From Eledone cirrhosa (lineage: Eukaryota): a DNA stretch of 64,000 bases. The notes beneath the pieces were generated by a model that was not told the DNA's origin, did not search any database, and saw only the letters and a list, made by a program, of their open reading frames with translations. The stretch is taken from NCBI GenBank assembly GCA_964016885.1, contig OZ024747.1, positions 76,136,001 through 76,200,000 on the forward strand. Direction: 5' to 3'. The position numbers were made by a program, and so were the translations under genes. Positions 13,185 through 27,860 of this stretch are shown here, piece after piece (position 1 is the stretch's first letter; each line of letters begins with the position of its first letter).

Positions 13185-13700
13185 CTGAACAAGTTTTAGT
13201 CCAGCCAACGACTTGAAAACTCTGGTACAAACACTACACTTGTGACAATTATTTACACATAGTGCTGGGCCCATGGTACCATGTGACGACAAGTGCAGAG
13301 AGATCTCCAGATATAAAGCAATGCCTGTGCCGTGAAGCTTTTATAGTGAGCAAAGGCACTGCACAAAGCCAGTTCCACTCTCTTAACCAAGATGATATTT
13401 ACCAAAAAGAAGAACAAGTCAACATCATTGGATACCATCAGGGTTGCAGGTGTTATATCAGAGTTTTCCTTCTCCTAGAATTCTGCCTTGACAAAGGCTA
13501 AGGGGTCATCTCTCCCGGTGATTTTGGATGGCCATTAACTCTTAAGAGCTCCTTTGCCCTTTGACAGGTTTTGTTTTTAGTCCTGCAGGATGTCCAAAGT
13601 CACCCTCCTCACCAAGAAAACTTGGTGGGGTTGCCAGTTTAGTCTCCAACGACCCGACCATGGGACAGTTTGTACTGGGATACATGTTACCAGTAGCACC
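13185..13700 (-). mobile_element. Non-autonomous RTE-like repeat; related copy at ~10299-10578
   Basis: The two copies share GCAATGCCTGTGC...TGCAC...GCCA.T.CCACTCTC...AAGAAGAA...TCAACATCAT.GG...CTTCTC. The 10299 copy ends in an RTE-like terminus plus (TA)n. Confidence 0.55.
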
Positions 13701-14443
13701 TAATGTACATACTTACATACATACATATTTTCATTTGAAGGTCTAGTAACGACACTATCAAAGAAGGGAATTAAAACGTTGATTAATATATATTTAGTTA
13801 TTTCGTGACAAACTGCAATATCACTTTATGATCTTATCATACGATTATAAAAACATATCATTCAAAGGAATATACAGTTATGTATTGTTATCTCTGGAAA
13901 AACGTATTGAGAAGGGCATCAACAACAGCGAGGGAGAGAAAGAGAGAATTACGAGAGAGATAATGTTTTAAACCAGCAAAATGTTTATATATATATATCA
14001 TCGATTTCAGGGACTTGACTCCTTCTTCCTCACTTTTCTTTGCATTACCATCTTTGTTTGTTTACTGTCTCGCTCGTTCCCCCTATTTACGTGTCCCAAC
14101 GACTTTCTTTAGCCGTTGCTCGCACCAACCAGAGGTATATGGTCTTTAAAGCGATGAAATACCAATGAAGGCTGGAAGATCACTGATGAAGGACTAAATT
14201 TATTCATATATAACCCATTTGCAACCATTTAGTACGCCATGTTTTCATATTTTTCATATATATATATAAATACATGTCTGTGTGAGTGTGTAATGAGAAT
14301 CAGAGTGTGAGAGAAAGATTACGAATGACTGCGAGATGCTGAAGAAGGAAATGACAGAAGAAGGATATAGAGAACGAGGTACAGAATGGAAAGAAAAACG
14401 TGAGGAAAAATATAAAACTATATGATGATATCATATAATTATA

Positions 14444-14506
<63 letters not shown>

Positions 14507-14833
14507 TGTATAGGAAAAATGGAACATGTTGGTTAAATTAATAATTATATCGAGTATAGTATCGAATGGGATCAGTGAAAATATTTAAATCAACAATTAA
14601 GAACAACTGGAGGGATTTTTGCATTAACGTTGCAACTAAAAAGTGAAGACGTAAGCTTTTATGTACCATAGATGAGGAAGTTTACCGGAACTAATAGCAT
14701 CAAAATTGCATCTTAGACATATTCAATATTCAATAACTACACATGCATGCACGCACAAACACACATAATATATATACATATACATATACATACATATGTA
14801 TTTATATATTCATATGTGTATATACACATATGA

Positions 14834-14865
<32 letters not shown>

Positions 14866-15849
14866 ATGCAAATTAAATGTAAAATATAATATATCTCTAT
14901 AGGATAAGCAGAATATGAAAGCGTAAATGATTTTTAAAAAATAACACGATGAACGAAGTTGAATGTAAATAAAGTATATATGAAGATAAATTAAAAATCT
15001 ATATATCTTTGTGTGTAACTCAGGTAAGAGAGAACTTGAGAAGGAAGTACTCGATGCGGAAAATTGAAATATAAAGCATAAGCTAGTGAATATATCAAGG
15101 CATGGATGAAAAAGAATGTTATTTCGATTAATTAGTTGGGTAGAAATATTGAGATATATTAGAAATAAATGATTACATTTATTTTAGGATGTGTGTGTGT
15201 GGCGGATAAAATCCCCAAAATATATTTTTCTCAAAGAAAGTTTTAACTGAAATAATAATTGTGAAAAGGTATCAGGAAACAAAATGTGTAAAAAATGGCA
15301 AATTTGTAACTTTAAATCTTAAAGCGAAGTTTATTAAATGAAATATAATTAAATTATATTAGATGAAATTAATTACAATGATTTTTGTTTTGAGATAAGG
15401 ACAAAGTTGAAAAGAGTCAAGAAATATAGAGATAAAATATGAAGAATTAGAGAGAATGACGGAAAAAAGAATAAGTTTAAATAAATACATATGAACGAAC
15501 GTTAATAAAATGAAAGACAAAAGGGAGAATGAGTAAATAAATTGTAAAACTAAATTAGAGATAGATGGCAAAACTCTTCTGTGTTAAATGAAATATGAGA
15601 ACAACGTAATATAACTTTAAACAATAGTAATAAGTAAACAATATAAGACGTCATACACAGTAATAAAGGGATAAGAAGGCCAATAGATTAGACTGATTAT
15701 AGATGGGTCAGATCAAAATAAATATACATAAATAAAAATGGAAAATCTATTTGTAGAGGCCACGAGTAAAGCAAAGATACTGTGACTAAGGTAGGATTTT
15801 AAAAGAATCGCGAGGGAACAGTGTGTATAACAGAATTATACTATAATGT

Positions 15850-16620
15850 GAAAATGTATTAATATAGAAAAATTTAGTACCTAAAACAAGAATTATTAAC
15901 TTCCTAAAACTACGAATCAATGTTCATACCTGGTGAAATGTTGGTGAGAATAAGTGAACATTTGGAGTTTAATGAACTTTGATACGACCATAGGAAAGGA
16001 CCATAGGAAAGTTCAGTAAATAAGAGTTAGTAACCAAATTACGTATATATTTTTAATATTCGATGTTTCTAGCGAATGTTAACTTTCGAGAACTTATATT
16101 TTCTAGATGAAATCTTTTCGGTGAGATTCCTAACGATACTGCCTTTATCAAATAGAATGGTTAGTCTTGGCATGAAACGTGTATTCTTGCGTTTTAGTAG
16201 AGAAAAAATTAACTCTAGACAGTATAATTGAATGTGTGGTTGTCCAATAGCCAACCTCTCAAAAACAAAAGAAAGAGGACTTATTTTCTGTTGGACTTAT
16301 ATATCGTAATTTGAAAGGAATTAAAGTTAATCCTATATATGTATTTAATGAATTATTAATATTGGTATAATATATGGTAATAAGAGAGTTTAGAATATAA
16401 ACATCAAGCATTGGAGTTTATAGGATTGCAATTAGTATTTATGTTAAGGTTTTAGTTTTTATTGGCATTGCTTATAGACAGGATTTGTATAGGTTGGAAG
16501 GAGGTGGAATTCATTCAAAATTAGGTGTGTTAGTAGATAATATTTTAAAGGTAATCTCATTAGAAGGTTTTTAGCATTATGCTGTGAGTTGTATTTTTTC
16601 TAAGTAAAGTAAAAACGTTA
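15850..16620 (-). pseudogene. Possible decayed Penelope-like linker / GIY-YIG region
   Basis: Weak relics on the minus strand (*IPPPSNL resembling WFNPPFS; KGSIV resembling the GIVY context), with many stops and frameshifts. Confidence 0.3.
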
Positions 16621-17892
16621 ATGGATTGCATATCGTTAACTTAAATATATCTTAAATATTCTGCAATGTTTTTTTATTTCAATTCATATTTGTATTTATA
16701 CGGATACCGCTGTTATATGTAGTACGATCAATATATAATGTATTTTGGAATCGAATTTAGCTAATACTTAATTGTAATATGATGTGTCTTCAATAGCGAT
16801 TTTCATTCCAACAGAGCGTCCTACAGAAATATTTCTAGATATATTATTGATTATAATCATGAAGCAATGTGAAAATTCCTGCACGTAGCTTAAGGATCCA
16901 TTGGGTTATAAAAAAAAGTAATGATGTCAGAAAATTAATTTTGTTCTGGTTGGTTTCCATAGTAATGACAAACACTAATTCCACGAAGAGCAAATGTAGA
17001 TTTTACTAATGCTATCCGTCGTCTGTGGATCACAATTGGCATAACGGTAGACCATTATCCATTAAAAACACATAATCTAATTGAAGCAAATAAAGCAAGA
17101 ACAGGTCAATCAACCACCCAGTTCTGCCGCGATATGCGCATTTATGTTTACGTCATAGGCTGAACTAGAGGATTTTTTTCCATTCATAATTACTAAGATT
17201 GTGGCAAACGTAGAGTGAAATATATGACCATTCAAATTAAATTTAAATAATTAAATATCTCTGTTTTAATTTTCGTTACATTTCTTTAAGAAATACCAAA
17301 ACGAAAGTATTATTGCGGCTTGGAACAAAACAGATCTAACAAGCAGAACTGATACGCAAGGAAATAAAAGAACTTCACACATTTATAGAGAGAAGAATAG
17401 TAGTTCTTAAAAACACAACTGTCAGCATTTGGAATTATTGTGACATCATGTGTATTATATTCATTTATTTCATCAAACGTCCATATAGAGCTAGGAAGCC
17501 ACGACAGACTAGAGGAAATATCTAGTACTTTTACAGTTAAGAAACAAAAAAGAATGAAAACTCGGTATACAGTTATAAGTGAATATAAAAATAAAAATAA
17601 AATTATAAAATAAAATAAAATAAAATAAAAAAATAAATAGGGAATTCCAGCTGGGGGCAAAATAAACCTAAAAAGGGATAAAGAAAAAAACTTAGTGTTT
17701 GTGGTGCCTCCTGACATTTACATATACGTGATAACAAATCCGTTCTTCTGGCTGTTTATCAATATAAAGGTAGGTATTTGTTGATGACGTTCAATTAAAA
17801 TATGTATATGACTAATAGTTATTCAGTTTGTTCATGTACAATTACAGTTTCTGTGATTACACTAACGTCGATGTTACTGCGTGTCTCTCTCT

Positions 17893-17994
<102 letters not shown>

Positions 17995-18247
17995 TATAAA
18001 GAAGAGAGACGGTTTAATATATAATCATGTTATGCGCATTTCAAATTACATAATATACAGATGATGTATACAGAAAACTGTCTTCTTTATAATATTGACA
18101 TCTGATACCTTAAAGGACGCAGGTTGTGGAGTACTTATGTCTGTTACATTACCATCGATCGATTAATTGACCAACCGATGTTTCTTTACTTGAATAATAT
18201 ATATATTATATATAGAAACACACATGTATATGTATATATATATGTAA

Positions 18248-18386
<139 letters not shown>

Positions 18387-18566
18387 TAAACGGAAAAGAA
18401 AATGCTGACAAATTGTTCACAGTGAAAAATAGTTTAATTAGGAATAAGTGAAAATTAGTAATAGTATTGGTTAGTATTCAGTTTTGGTTTTAAGTTTTAC
18501 CGGTTGCGCATTTCTAATGCTTTTCAAAATTAATTTTGAGATAGAGCATCCGTGATGTTTGCTCTA

Positions 18567-18651
<85 letters not shown>

Positions 18652-18656
<5 letters not shown>

Positions 18657-19249
18657 ATACTTGGGGAGGGTCAATTTTGTGAAATAATATTGCCAGAATT
18701 AATAACAGAACACACTCACTGTTTGGTTGGTTTTCGCTTCTGTGTCTTTTATATCGGTTAATTTAATTTATTCGGTCCTCAATGTTACCATTGACTGACC
18801 AACCGTCAAAAATACAGATACAATATAGACACAAACACATATATATAGTCTAACAAAGTTCTTTCGTTGCAGATCTGCAACATCGTCAGTGGTGCTATTA
18901 TGTTTCCTCCCGTTCCATTGTATGCCTACGCCATCTTTATTTAGTCTGTTTATTTATTTAAATAAATAAACAAGAATAAATAAAGATGGCGTAGGAAACA
19001 TAATAGCACCACTGACGATGTTGCAGATGTGCAACGAAAGAACTTTGTTCAACTATATATATGTGTTTGTGTCTATATTGTATCTGTATTTTTGACCGTT
19101 GGTCAGTCAATGGTAACATTGAGGACCGAATAAATTAAATTAACCGATATAAAAGACACGGAAGCGAAAACCAACCAAACAGTGAGTGTGTTCTGTTATT
19201 AATTCTGGCAATATTATTACACAAATATGACCCTCCCCAAGTATAACAA
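18652..19249. repeat. ~600-bp near-perfect fold-back palindrome next to (TA)n
   Basis: TTGTTATACTTGGGGAGGGTCA... / ...TGACCCTCCCCAAGTATAACAA, centred at ~18960 (TTTATTTATTTAAATAAATAAA) with a ~17-nt bulge at ~18909-18925. A terminal fragment also occurs at ~35871-35893. Confidence 0.92.
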
Positions 19250-19295
19250 TATTTTTTTCGACACACGATTTCATATCAAAAACCTCGCAAAACTA

Positions 19296-19354
<59 letters not shown>

Positions 19355-19378
19355 TGTGTGTGTGTGTATATGTGTGTG

Positions 19379-19421
<43 letters not shown>

Positions 19422-21730
19422 CGCGCGTGTGTGTTATATATATATATATATATATAATATTTAAAACGTGATTTTTATGAATTTACTGAAAACTGTTATA
19501 TTATTACTTTGGAAGAGAGTGAAGATGTGTAAGGTAGATAACTGATCTTACAGCGAAGTATGTAAGATAAGAGAGGAAACGATTAAGCAACATTATTTCA
19601 GACAGATTAAATTTATCTCGTTGAAATGATGTCAATGGAAGAGAGAAAGAAATAAATGTAAAGGTAGTCAGTAAGTATATATGAAAAAAAAAAGAATCTA
19701 AAAATGATTATATAAAAGGAATCTAATACAGCCAATACAAAATTTATACCATATATATAAAAAAAAGGCCGTCGGAAAATATTGAATAGAATTACATTTT
19801 CAAAAGACAGGCGTATAAAAATCTTTGGAAAGCAATTAGCGATTCGCGGAAAAAGAAAACTGAAAATATCTTTAAAGTTATGATTTTAAAAAAAATGAAA
19901 AACGCTTTCATAGAATTTAATAATTTTGCAACGCATTGTTATAGCTTTGTTTAAAAGTGGAGAAAAAATCAAATAATAATCTATACAAAAATAATAAATT
20001 TAAATTTGAAATGATGTCGACAAAGATTAGAAAATGTATAGATCGTTGAAAGAATTGTAGCAGCCATGAGAGTCGGCTGAACAGTTCATATAAAGACAAT
20101 CTCATGGAATAACCAAATGACGTTTATTTTTCAACATAGTCCCTTGAAAGAAACAATAGAGTTATTTACAAAGAGAGTTGAAATTAATGTACGCAAGATT
20201 TCATAGCTCTAGAATCATTCCTTCATAGTCAGCGTATGAACTTTTCAGCCGAGCGTTGTATGTGGGATACAGTGTTCCGGTCGTGTGTCCTGAATATGGG
20301 AACAATTGTCTGATTAATTTTCGTACTATATGAGGTAGCTTCTCTTGTGATTACTCCAGTTTTTTTAAATAGTAATAAATTATCCCGCAAATCAAATTAT
20401 ATTTATAAAATAAAACGGAAGATTAATGAATGTGGTCTTTGTTCACTGAGCTTCCGAACTAATATGGCGGAATGGTAAAAGTTAAATTGCTTTCGATTAC
20501 AGGCTTATTTGATTTAGAGTGACATATTATAGCAGTGAATTAAATTCCAGAATTAAAGGAAACTTAAGATCTGTGCGGAACAAGATTAATCCGTAATAGA
20601 TTTTCTCAAAAAATTGAATGATTTGAATGAATTTCCATGAAGAATGAAGACCCTAATGTGATAGGCATGAAGTGTCACAATAAAGGGATTTAATGGAGTT
20701 ATATAAGACAATATAGTTGGTAAGGCCAGTGTGAGTTGATATTAGACAACCGAGCAAAGAAGACCAACATTTGTAGGTGAAGCAACTTCAGTAGACAGTA
20801 TTAAGTGAAAATGTTACTTAAATATAACTACAACAGATACACAGTGGAGCGTCTTGGCAGGCCCCTAGCAATCACAGCAAAACAAATGTACATGCAAACA
20901 GGGGTGCATTAGAAACGAACATGATCTAGAAGGTAGAAGGTCTAGAAAACGTTTGAGCGTAAGAGAGGAGAATGGACAAAATTGTAAGCGAGAGAAACTT
21001 AAATATACTAAAAGAGGAGTTTCTTCACGAATAACAAGCGCTTAAATATATGTTGTGATGTTATGCTGAGTTAAAATTAAAGAATGTCCCTATATGTTTA
21101 CGTCAATTTACCTAATGATCGATTGTTCATCATATAATAAAGATAAAATTTCTTTTTGCCTTTCTGGTTATCTTAGCAGAGCTCGGATACGCGAACAGAT
21201 GTAGACGTTCTCTACAAGCACTACAAGCTCGCCAACAGAAATTACAGATCTCTTTAATAAACTGGCTGGTACCGAAAGAAATAAAGGAAACCAATTTTGG
21301 ATGAAGAAGTCATTATATCCCATGAAATCATTTCGAAGAATTATCTTTCCTTTGGTAAATGTAACAATAGCAAACTCGAAACCACATTATATAGGTGACC
21401 TCTTTCTCTCTTGTTATATTTTTATTTGAATTTATTTATTTCAATATTTTGCTTTTAAAGAAATGATTCATAATAAAGACAAATAAACACCTAAAACCTG
21501 ACTTAAATATTATTTTTCTTATGTCATGACCATATTTTACTTCGTCTGACTTCTATTGTTCACTTTAATTGTATTCTCTCTCAAATTAAGACGAACCTGA
21601 ACCTGAAACACTGCAGTAGTTCAGTCTACTATTCTCTAATGAAGAAACGAAATGGCGTAGAAACGATATTTTCCCCAATCAACTGATTTTTATTCAATTT
21701 TTATTCAATTTTTATTATTTTATTAAAATA

Positions 21731-21916
21731 GAGGGTAGATTGGCAGTATCGGTAGAGGGTCGGACGCCATGCTTTGACGCATAGATTTACGGCTCTTGCC
21801 ATTCTGAGTTCAGATCCCGCCGAGGTTAACTTTGCCTTTCATCCTTACGGGGTCGATACAATAAAGTACCAGTAATGCACTCGGTAATTGCTGGCCTTGT
21901 GCCAAAAGTAGAAACA
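21731..21916 (+). mobile_element. tRNA-derived SINE, same family, 17-bp TSD
   Basis: TSD ATTATTTTATTAAAATA at 21714 and 21917. Confidence 0.88.
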
Positions 21917-23068
21917 ATTATTTTATTAAAATAAATGTAATTTTAATAAACATAATACTTTCATTTATTAAATAACAACGAGGAAGGACTATATAGAAAA
22001 TGGAAAGGAATATAGATTCAGACACATACATAATTTGCTGTTCCCCCCCCCCCCCCCCCCCCCATCTTCTACTCCACACCCGTGTCTCATACACGTGCAC
22101 ACCAACACACATATACCATCTCTGAACCACACGGAAATACTCACACACAAACTCACACTTCGATACATTACACATACAACAACAAACTTTAAAACACGCA
22201 CTAATAAATACACACGTAAAAGCACATACATACTCACACATAAATACATGTATAAACACACGCATTCTCACTTCACGTCTTACTATGACGATATAACGTT
22301 CTTTATACGATTAATTTCCCTCCAGGAATTTCACCTTTTAGAGTAAAGTTTTTTTTTCTCATTTAATTCTGTTTGTATTTGACACCTATAAAGACAAACA
22401 ACACACATATACGAAGTTAATCTAATCAGATATTCATACACACCATCACGAACAATGTATGCACAGGTCCAACAGCACATACGCACATATCGATAGATTG
22501 TAAATGAATACAACACACACACACCCATCTTTTTTATCATCTTCTATATGTGAACCTCATCTTTGCGTTGCCTTGAAATCCAATAAAGGAATAGCGTCTG
22601 ATACGTTGAATGTCATTTATTATAAACTAGGCAGAGCTTAAACATTAATATGTAGACACCTTTAGAATTCCATTCTTGTTCATGTTTTCTGTATAGGTAG
22701 CAACTCTGCGGAGTTGATTAATACATTTCACTTGAATTTCGCCCAAATAATATGAACATCGCCCCAATTCATCTGATTAAATTACTACATCTCATTAAGT
22801 TAGGCACTGTAATTCTTCAACTGGAATCCTTGTCAGTAATATTAGCAGACAAATAAGACTACAGCATCGAGCATTTTTAATTAGACTCAAACACACCACC
22901 CATTTCCCAAACCTTTCCTTACTTCTTGGATGTATTAATGAAATTAATTTTATTTTTTTAACATTCTGATCAGATTCTTGGTCTTCGCCTGGTTAACGAT
23001 CTTTCTGTTTACATTAAGCTTCAGAAGTTTCCTCGCTTAATCAACTGCATTACATTCACCAGTGACAA

Positions 23069-23505
23069 TCTTCTTCTTCTTCTTCTTCTTCTTCTTCTTC
23101 TTCTTCTTCTTCTTCTTCTTCTTCTTCTTCTTCTTCTTCTTCTTCTTCTTCTTCTTCTTCTTCTTCTTCTTCTTCTTCTTCTTCTTCTTCTTCTTCTTCT
23201 TCTTCTTCTTCTTCTTCTTCTTCTTCTTCTTCTTCTTCTTGCAAAGGTCATGGGGACAGAGTCAACATACACTCCCTCTAGGCCAGAAGCAATCGTCTCC
23301 AACTGATCCGGCTGGATCCACAAGTGGGACCAGCCAAGATCATGAATGTTATACAACCATCTTGTTCAGGGTCTACCACTGATTCTCCTGTTAGTTGGTT
23401 TTGCCCTTAAAATTTTTCCAGCGATTTTTTTCCTGAGACATTCTAATCACATGCCCACAGTATCGGAACTGTGATTTCTAAATTCGGAGAAATAGCGGCT
23501 CCAAT
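23069..23505 (-). mobile_element. RTE-like LINE 3' end with a long (AAG)n tail
   Basis: The minus strand reads ...GHVIRMSQEK...RRISGRP*TRWLYNIHDLGWSHL..., which resembles the RTE C-terminal GH..RM / GRP..RW motif. It is followed directly by (AAG)n at 23069-23240. Confidence 0.75.
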
Positions 23506-24549
23506 GAAGTACAAAATTATCATGGGTGCTGCTTTCCAAATTTGGAATGACGTACAAGAAAGGCATCATTGTCATATCAAATGAAATCCTACGTGGGTTA
23601 CCTTAAACCTTCATCTTTATAGCATATAGGGTCAATAAAATAAATAGTATTAATTTACGTATAAACCCGTAACTCCTGGGGAAGACACAGGGGCACCATA
23701 TTGTCATACGGCGTTACTAGAGCATTTTAAAACCTGGCAGAGCTCACCTCTTTTCTAGGTCGGTTGTGATAATGTACTGCTGTCGATTACATAGGTCCCA
23801 ACTTTGTGATAATATCGATCTAATCAACCACAATCATCCCTTATAATATCACATATTTTATGGTGAATAAAAGAAATCATTTTACTATTAAATATTTTTC
23901 ATCGCTTTTCACATTGATCAATTTTAATATGATATGCATGTACACCCCCTTTATATTTTCTATCGATCCTTTTATTATTGCTCAAAGAATAACATTATGG
24001 CCTTGTATCAAACATAGAAATCAATTTTCCTCAAAAGTCATACGAGCCATAAAAAAAACCACACACACATTTTATTGTGCAAGATTTTGAATTTGATTGT
24101 TGATATTCTAGTGATATTTAATTATTAGATGTTGGTGTTAAATGCTTCACATACATTCTAAACATGTCCTTTAGTCTTTTCTTTGTAAACAGATATATAT
24201 TGGTTTACTACGCCAATATATTGACATGTATATTTTCTCCCCGAAGACCTCATCCAAATGTTAAATATTTAAACAAGCGTGAATAACAAGAAAAATGAAA
24301 AGATGACAAAAAACACAAAAATATATAAACGCCATACAAGGAAGATTTATTGCATGATATAAAATTTCTTAAAGGAAATAAAAATTATTGGAGATAAGTT
24401 CCATAGACATGGAAATGAAAGACGTAAAATAGAAAGTGACATATCCCCACATTATATTTTATGAGTTCAATACAAACACACACACATACCCATGCATATG
24501 GTTGATCATTCAGAATTCATGGTTCACTAGTACATTATTCTAAACATTA

Positions 24550-25480
24550 ACTAATTGGTCGTGGTGATCTTGAATGTTTTCTCCCGGGAGATTTGTAAAT
24601 TAAAGATTCAATAGAATAATCTATTTGCAGACGATCATTCAAATTATTTTTTACATTTTAAAATAGTGTATACTTATTGAGTATCAAAGATGCCCTTGCC
24701 TACATTTTGATGAGACTGCAGACCTCTAATATATAATCTTTAAAAGCGTTTGTCTCATTCCTGTCATTTTTCAATTTAAATCCGCGGTCTTTCACTTTAG
24801 ACATTATCTTTCTTAGATCGAAGTAATATCTATCAGTAATTGATACAAATATATTTTAAACCTTAAAATCAACAATTGTTCTTAATATTTTGCAAAGAAC
24901 TATTGCAAAAAACATTTAGCCCAAACCATAGAAAAAGTGGTTAAAACCAGGAAAAAATAAGGTCCAATACAGCTTCACATTTCAATAGAATATATTTCTC
25001 TTCGTTTTATCCAATACTAATTTTGGAAAAGTAACAATATCACAACCTATTCTATTCTATATGCCTTAAATTCAAGAATTATGAACAATCCATAATAATC
25101 TATTTCATAAAAATTAATCTCGGTTGTCTATAATTATGCGACACTATTTCGATTTTTATTTGTATCAATATTCTTACATTTACTCATATAATACTTCTGT
25201 AATTGAGTGTTTCCTGTATCCACGTAACAATTAGTGTTAATCTTCATAACGTATCGCTTGCTCTTTGGATGTTTAATAAGATGGGCCCTATCTCGATCTT
25301 TCATCTGCTCTTCTTATGCATTCCTAGAATTTTAAACCTGTCCAACTCTTGCTATTAACCTTACATGAAATTGAAAGTTTCCCAGTTCCTCTCTTACTAT
25401 TTACTTTGCGTACTATTCAGGTTTTCCTAATCAACTGACCAAATTAATTTGGTTTTCTCTATTTAATGAGATCTATTAAT
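24550..25480 (-). pseudogene. Decayed LINE RT remnant
   Basis: Minus-strand relics GPILLNI (resembling RPISLLN) and RGYRKHSITE (resembling GFR..RST.D) in the correct order. Confidence 0.35.
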
Positions 25481-25541
25481 TAGCGGAATTGGAAGATAGT
25501 GAGTAGGAAGGCACTCCATAAAGCGTACAAACAATTCCTCC

Positions 25542-25579
<38 letters not shown>

Positions 25580-25675
25580 TGTGTGTATGTAAAAGGTAAA
25601 CAGAAATAACAACACATTCGGTACAGTATATGGAAGGAATATATTAGGTTAACGCTTGATATAGCAGGAAGAGGG

Positions 25676-25711
25676 TCTTAACGTTTCGGACGCTAGTCCT
25701 TCATCAGAAGA
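25676..25711 (-). ncRNA. Ultra-minimal hammerhead motif (Penelope pLTR type)
   Basis: Minus strand: TCTT-CTGATGA-A-GGAC-TAGC-GTCC-GAAAC-GTT-AAGA. Stem III is reduced to the palindrome AACGTT. Confidence 0.7.
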
Positions 25712-26714
25712 AAGAATGAGAAATAAGATAGATTGAGGTAATTGGAAAAAATGTCTTTAGATAAAAATAACAGGTCCATTCATGTTGACATCTCTAATGT
25801 GTAGGAACACAGTATCAAAATATCATCACTATATTTATTTACATGTGACGCGCGTTTCGCGAATGATCCGCTCAAGGTACAATCGGTATCGTTCGTGCCC
25901 CATTCTGGAATCTATAGTTCATATATATATTGGCGAATTATTAGAATCGATAGTGGATATTATGGAACGCCTATCTAATATCTAACACTAATATCTTCAG
26001 ATATTTTGTGTATCATCGATGAAATCAAGGTGGTATCAGTAGACACCTGTTTTAATGTACACACAGTAGGATCACACTTGGATCCACGTGGTTGTGAAGC
26101 GAAATCTCAAGCTACAATCTTATATTTACTCCTGCAATACACTTTTTCTTACCATTATGATTTGAAATTGTATACCTACTTAGCGCCAAATCTTTTTTGC
26201 GGCAACAATCTACTGAGTATGTACTTAAGAATAAAACCGTTACGTTTCTTTTTGTCAGTTATATATAACTCGCTGAAAATATGAAAATCTCATAAAAATA
26301 TTTGCAATTTCATGTTGACTTATTATTTCGTATTTGTTAGTTTTCCCATTAATATATATTTTTCCAAAGACAACTTTTTTCCATATATATATAAAGGCTG
26401 CCAATAAACCAAGATTGGTATATTAGCCCTATAGCCTTATTTTAATTAACGAAAATACAGATTATATGAAAGCAATCTTTTTACCAATTGCTTTTTTCTG
26501 TGTTCACGCTGTAGACGACTAGTTTAATAATCTAATTACCTGTTAGTGCCAAACTTATATTTATGGATACCTTTCCCTTTTTTTCTCACAAATAAGCTAG
26601 TTGGTATAATCGAATAGAAACCGATCTGGAAAATAAGAGATGTGGGTTCGATTCCCACACATTCTGAAGCGCATTGTATTTCGTTCTGTTATTATTAGAC
26701 TATTATTAGACAAA

Positions 26715-26905
26715 GAGCGGTGAATTGGCAATATCGGTAGAGCGTCAGACACCATGCTTTACAGCATAGAGTTATGGCCCTTTACGTTCTGAGTTCAAAT
26801 CCTGCCGAGGTTAACTTTGCTTTTCATCCATACGGGGTTGATAAAATAAAGTACCAGTAATGTACTGGGATAATTGCTGGTCTTGTGCCAAAAGTAGAAA
26901 CAATT
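26715..26905 (+). mobile_element. tRNA-derived SINE, same family
   Basis: Aligns to the other copies and has an ATTATT tail. Confidence 0.85.
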
Positions 26906-27860
26906 ATTAAACTATTTTCTGTTGTAAAAAAAAACGGTGAAAATTTTTAATTCAATTTAATTTTCAAATTCTATTTTATTATATAATTGACTTTAACAAG
27001 AATATAATTGTTTCATTCGTAAGAAATCATCAGGGCTTTCCTGATTATTTCTTACGAATGAAGCAGATCTAGTCCTGTAGAAATCATTTCTATAATAAAA
27101 GGAATATATCTATAATCTACTAATATAGTAAAGTTTTTGATAGTGGTCGCCTCCCGACTTACACATGGATCCTAGATATTATATATATATATATATAATA
27201 TGGCTTCTTATATTTCTTTTGGTTTCTTATATATCTATACAATATAAAACTATATTTTTTCTTGGTTTTCTTTGCTTATATATATATATACATGTATATT
27301 ATATGTATGAATACATGCTTACATATATATATGAGAGAGTGTGGAGATGCTGAGAATGTAAGAAAAACGTGCCTTTTATCTCCATCAACATCTGCAAACG
27401 CTGTGACTGCAATATGATTAAGGAAAGGAAAAGATAAGAAAAAGATGAATAGATACATGTACAGTAAATTCTTCACAGCTAAACATAAGCCACAACGTTA
27501 AGTTTACCGTTAACTCAATGAATTAATGATCTTGCAAAGGAAATCGTGGCGATAAATTCATTAAGCTATCATATTATATGTAGTACTAATTAAATGGGTC
27601 GTTAAATTGTTCACATGCGATCATTGATATTAAGGAAATATACAATTATCATTCCGATAACCCAGTGTTGCTTTACATATCTGTATAAAATAATATTGTG
27701 AAGTATTAAACATCGATTCATCATCGTATCATAATCATGTGGTAAGACACAGAACTATGTGTGCCGATTACCTATCTATATATATTTAATTCAGTTGACA
27801 CTTACTACTTAACAAACACACACACACACACACACATACGTGTACATATATATATATGTA

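Noticed and set aside
14181-14200. CTGATGAAGGACTA matching the start of the 25.7-kb HHR; also CTGATGA at ~10145
   Set aside because: Truncated, with no downstream GAAAC or stems, so not counted as ribozymes.
27011-27063. Hairpin TTCATTCGTAAGAAAT...ATTTCTTACGAATGAA as a terminator or miRNA
   Set aside because: Eukaryotic context, next to TA-flanked repeat fragments. More likely a small fold-back relic, with no expression evidence.
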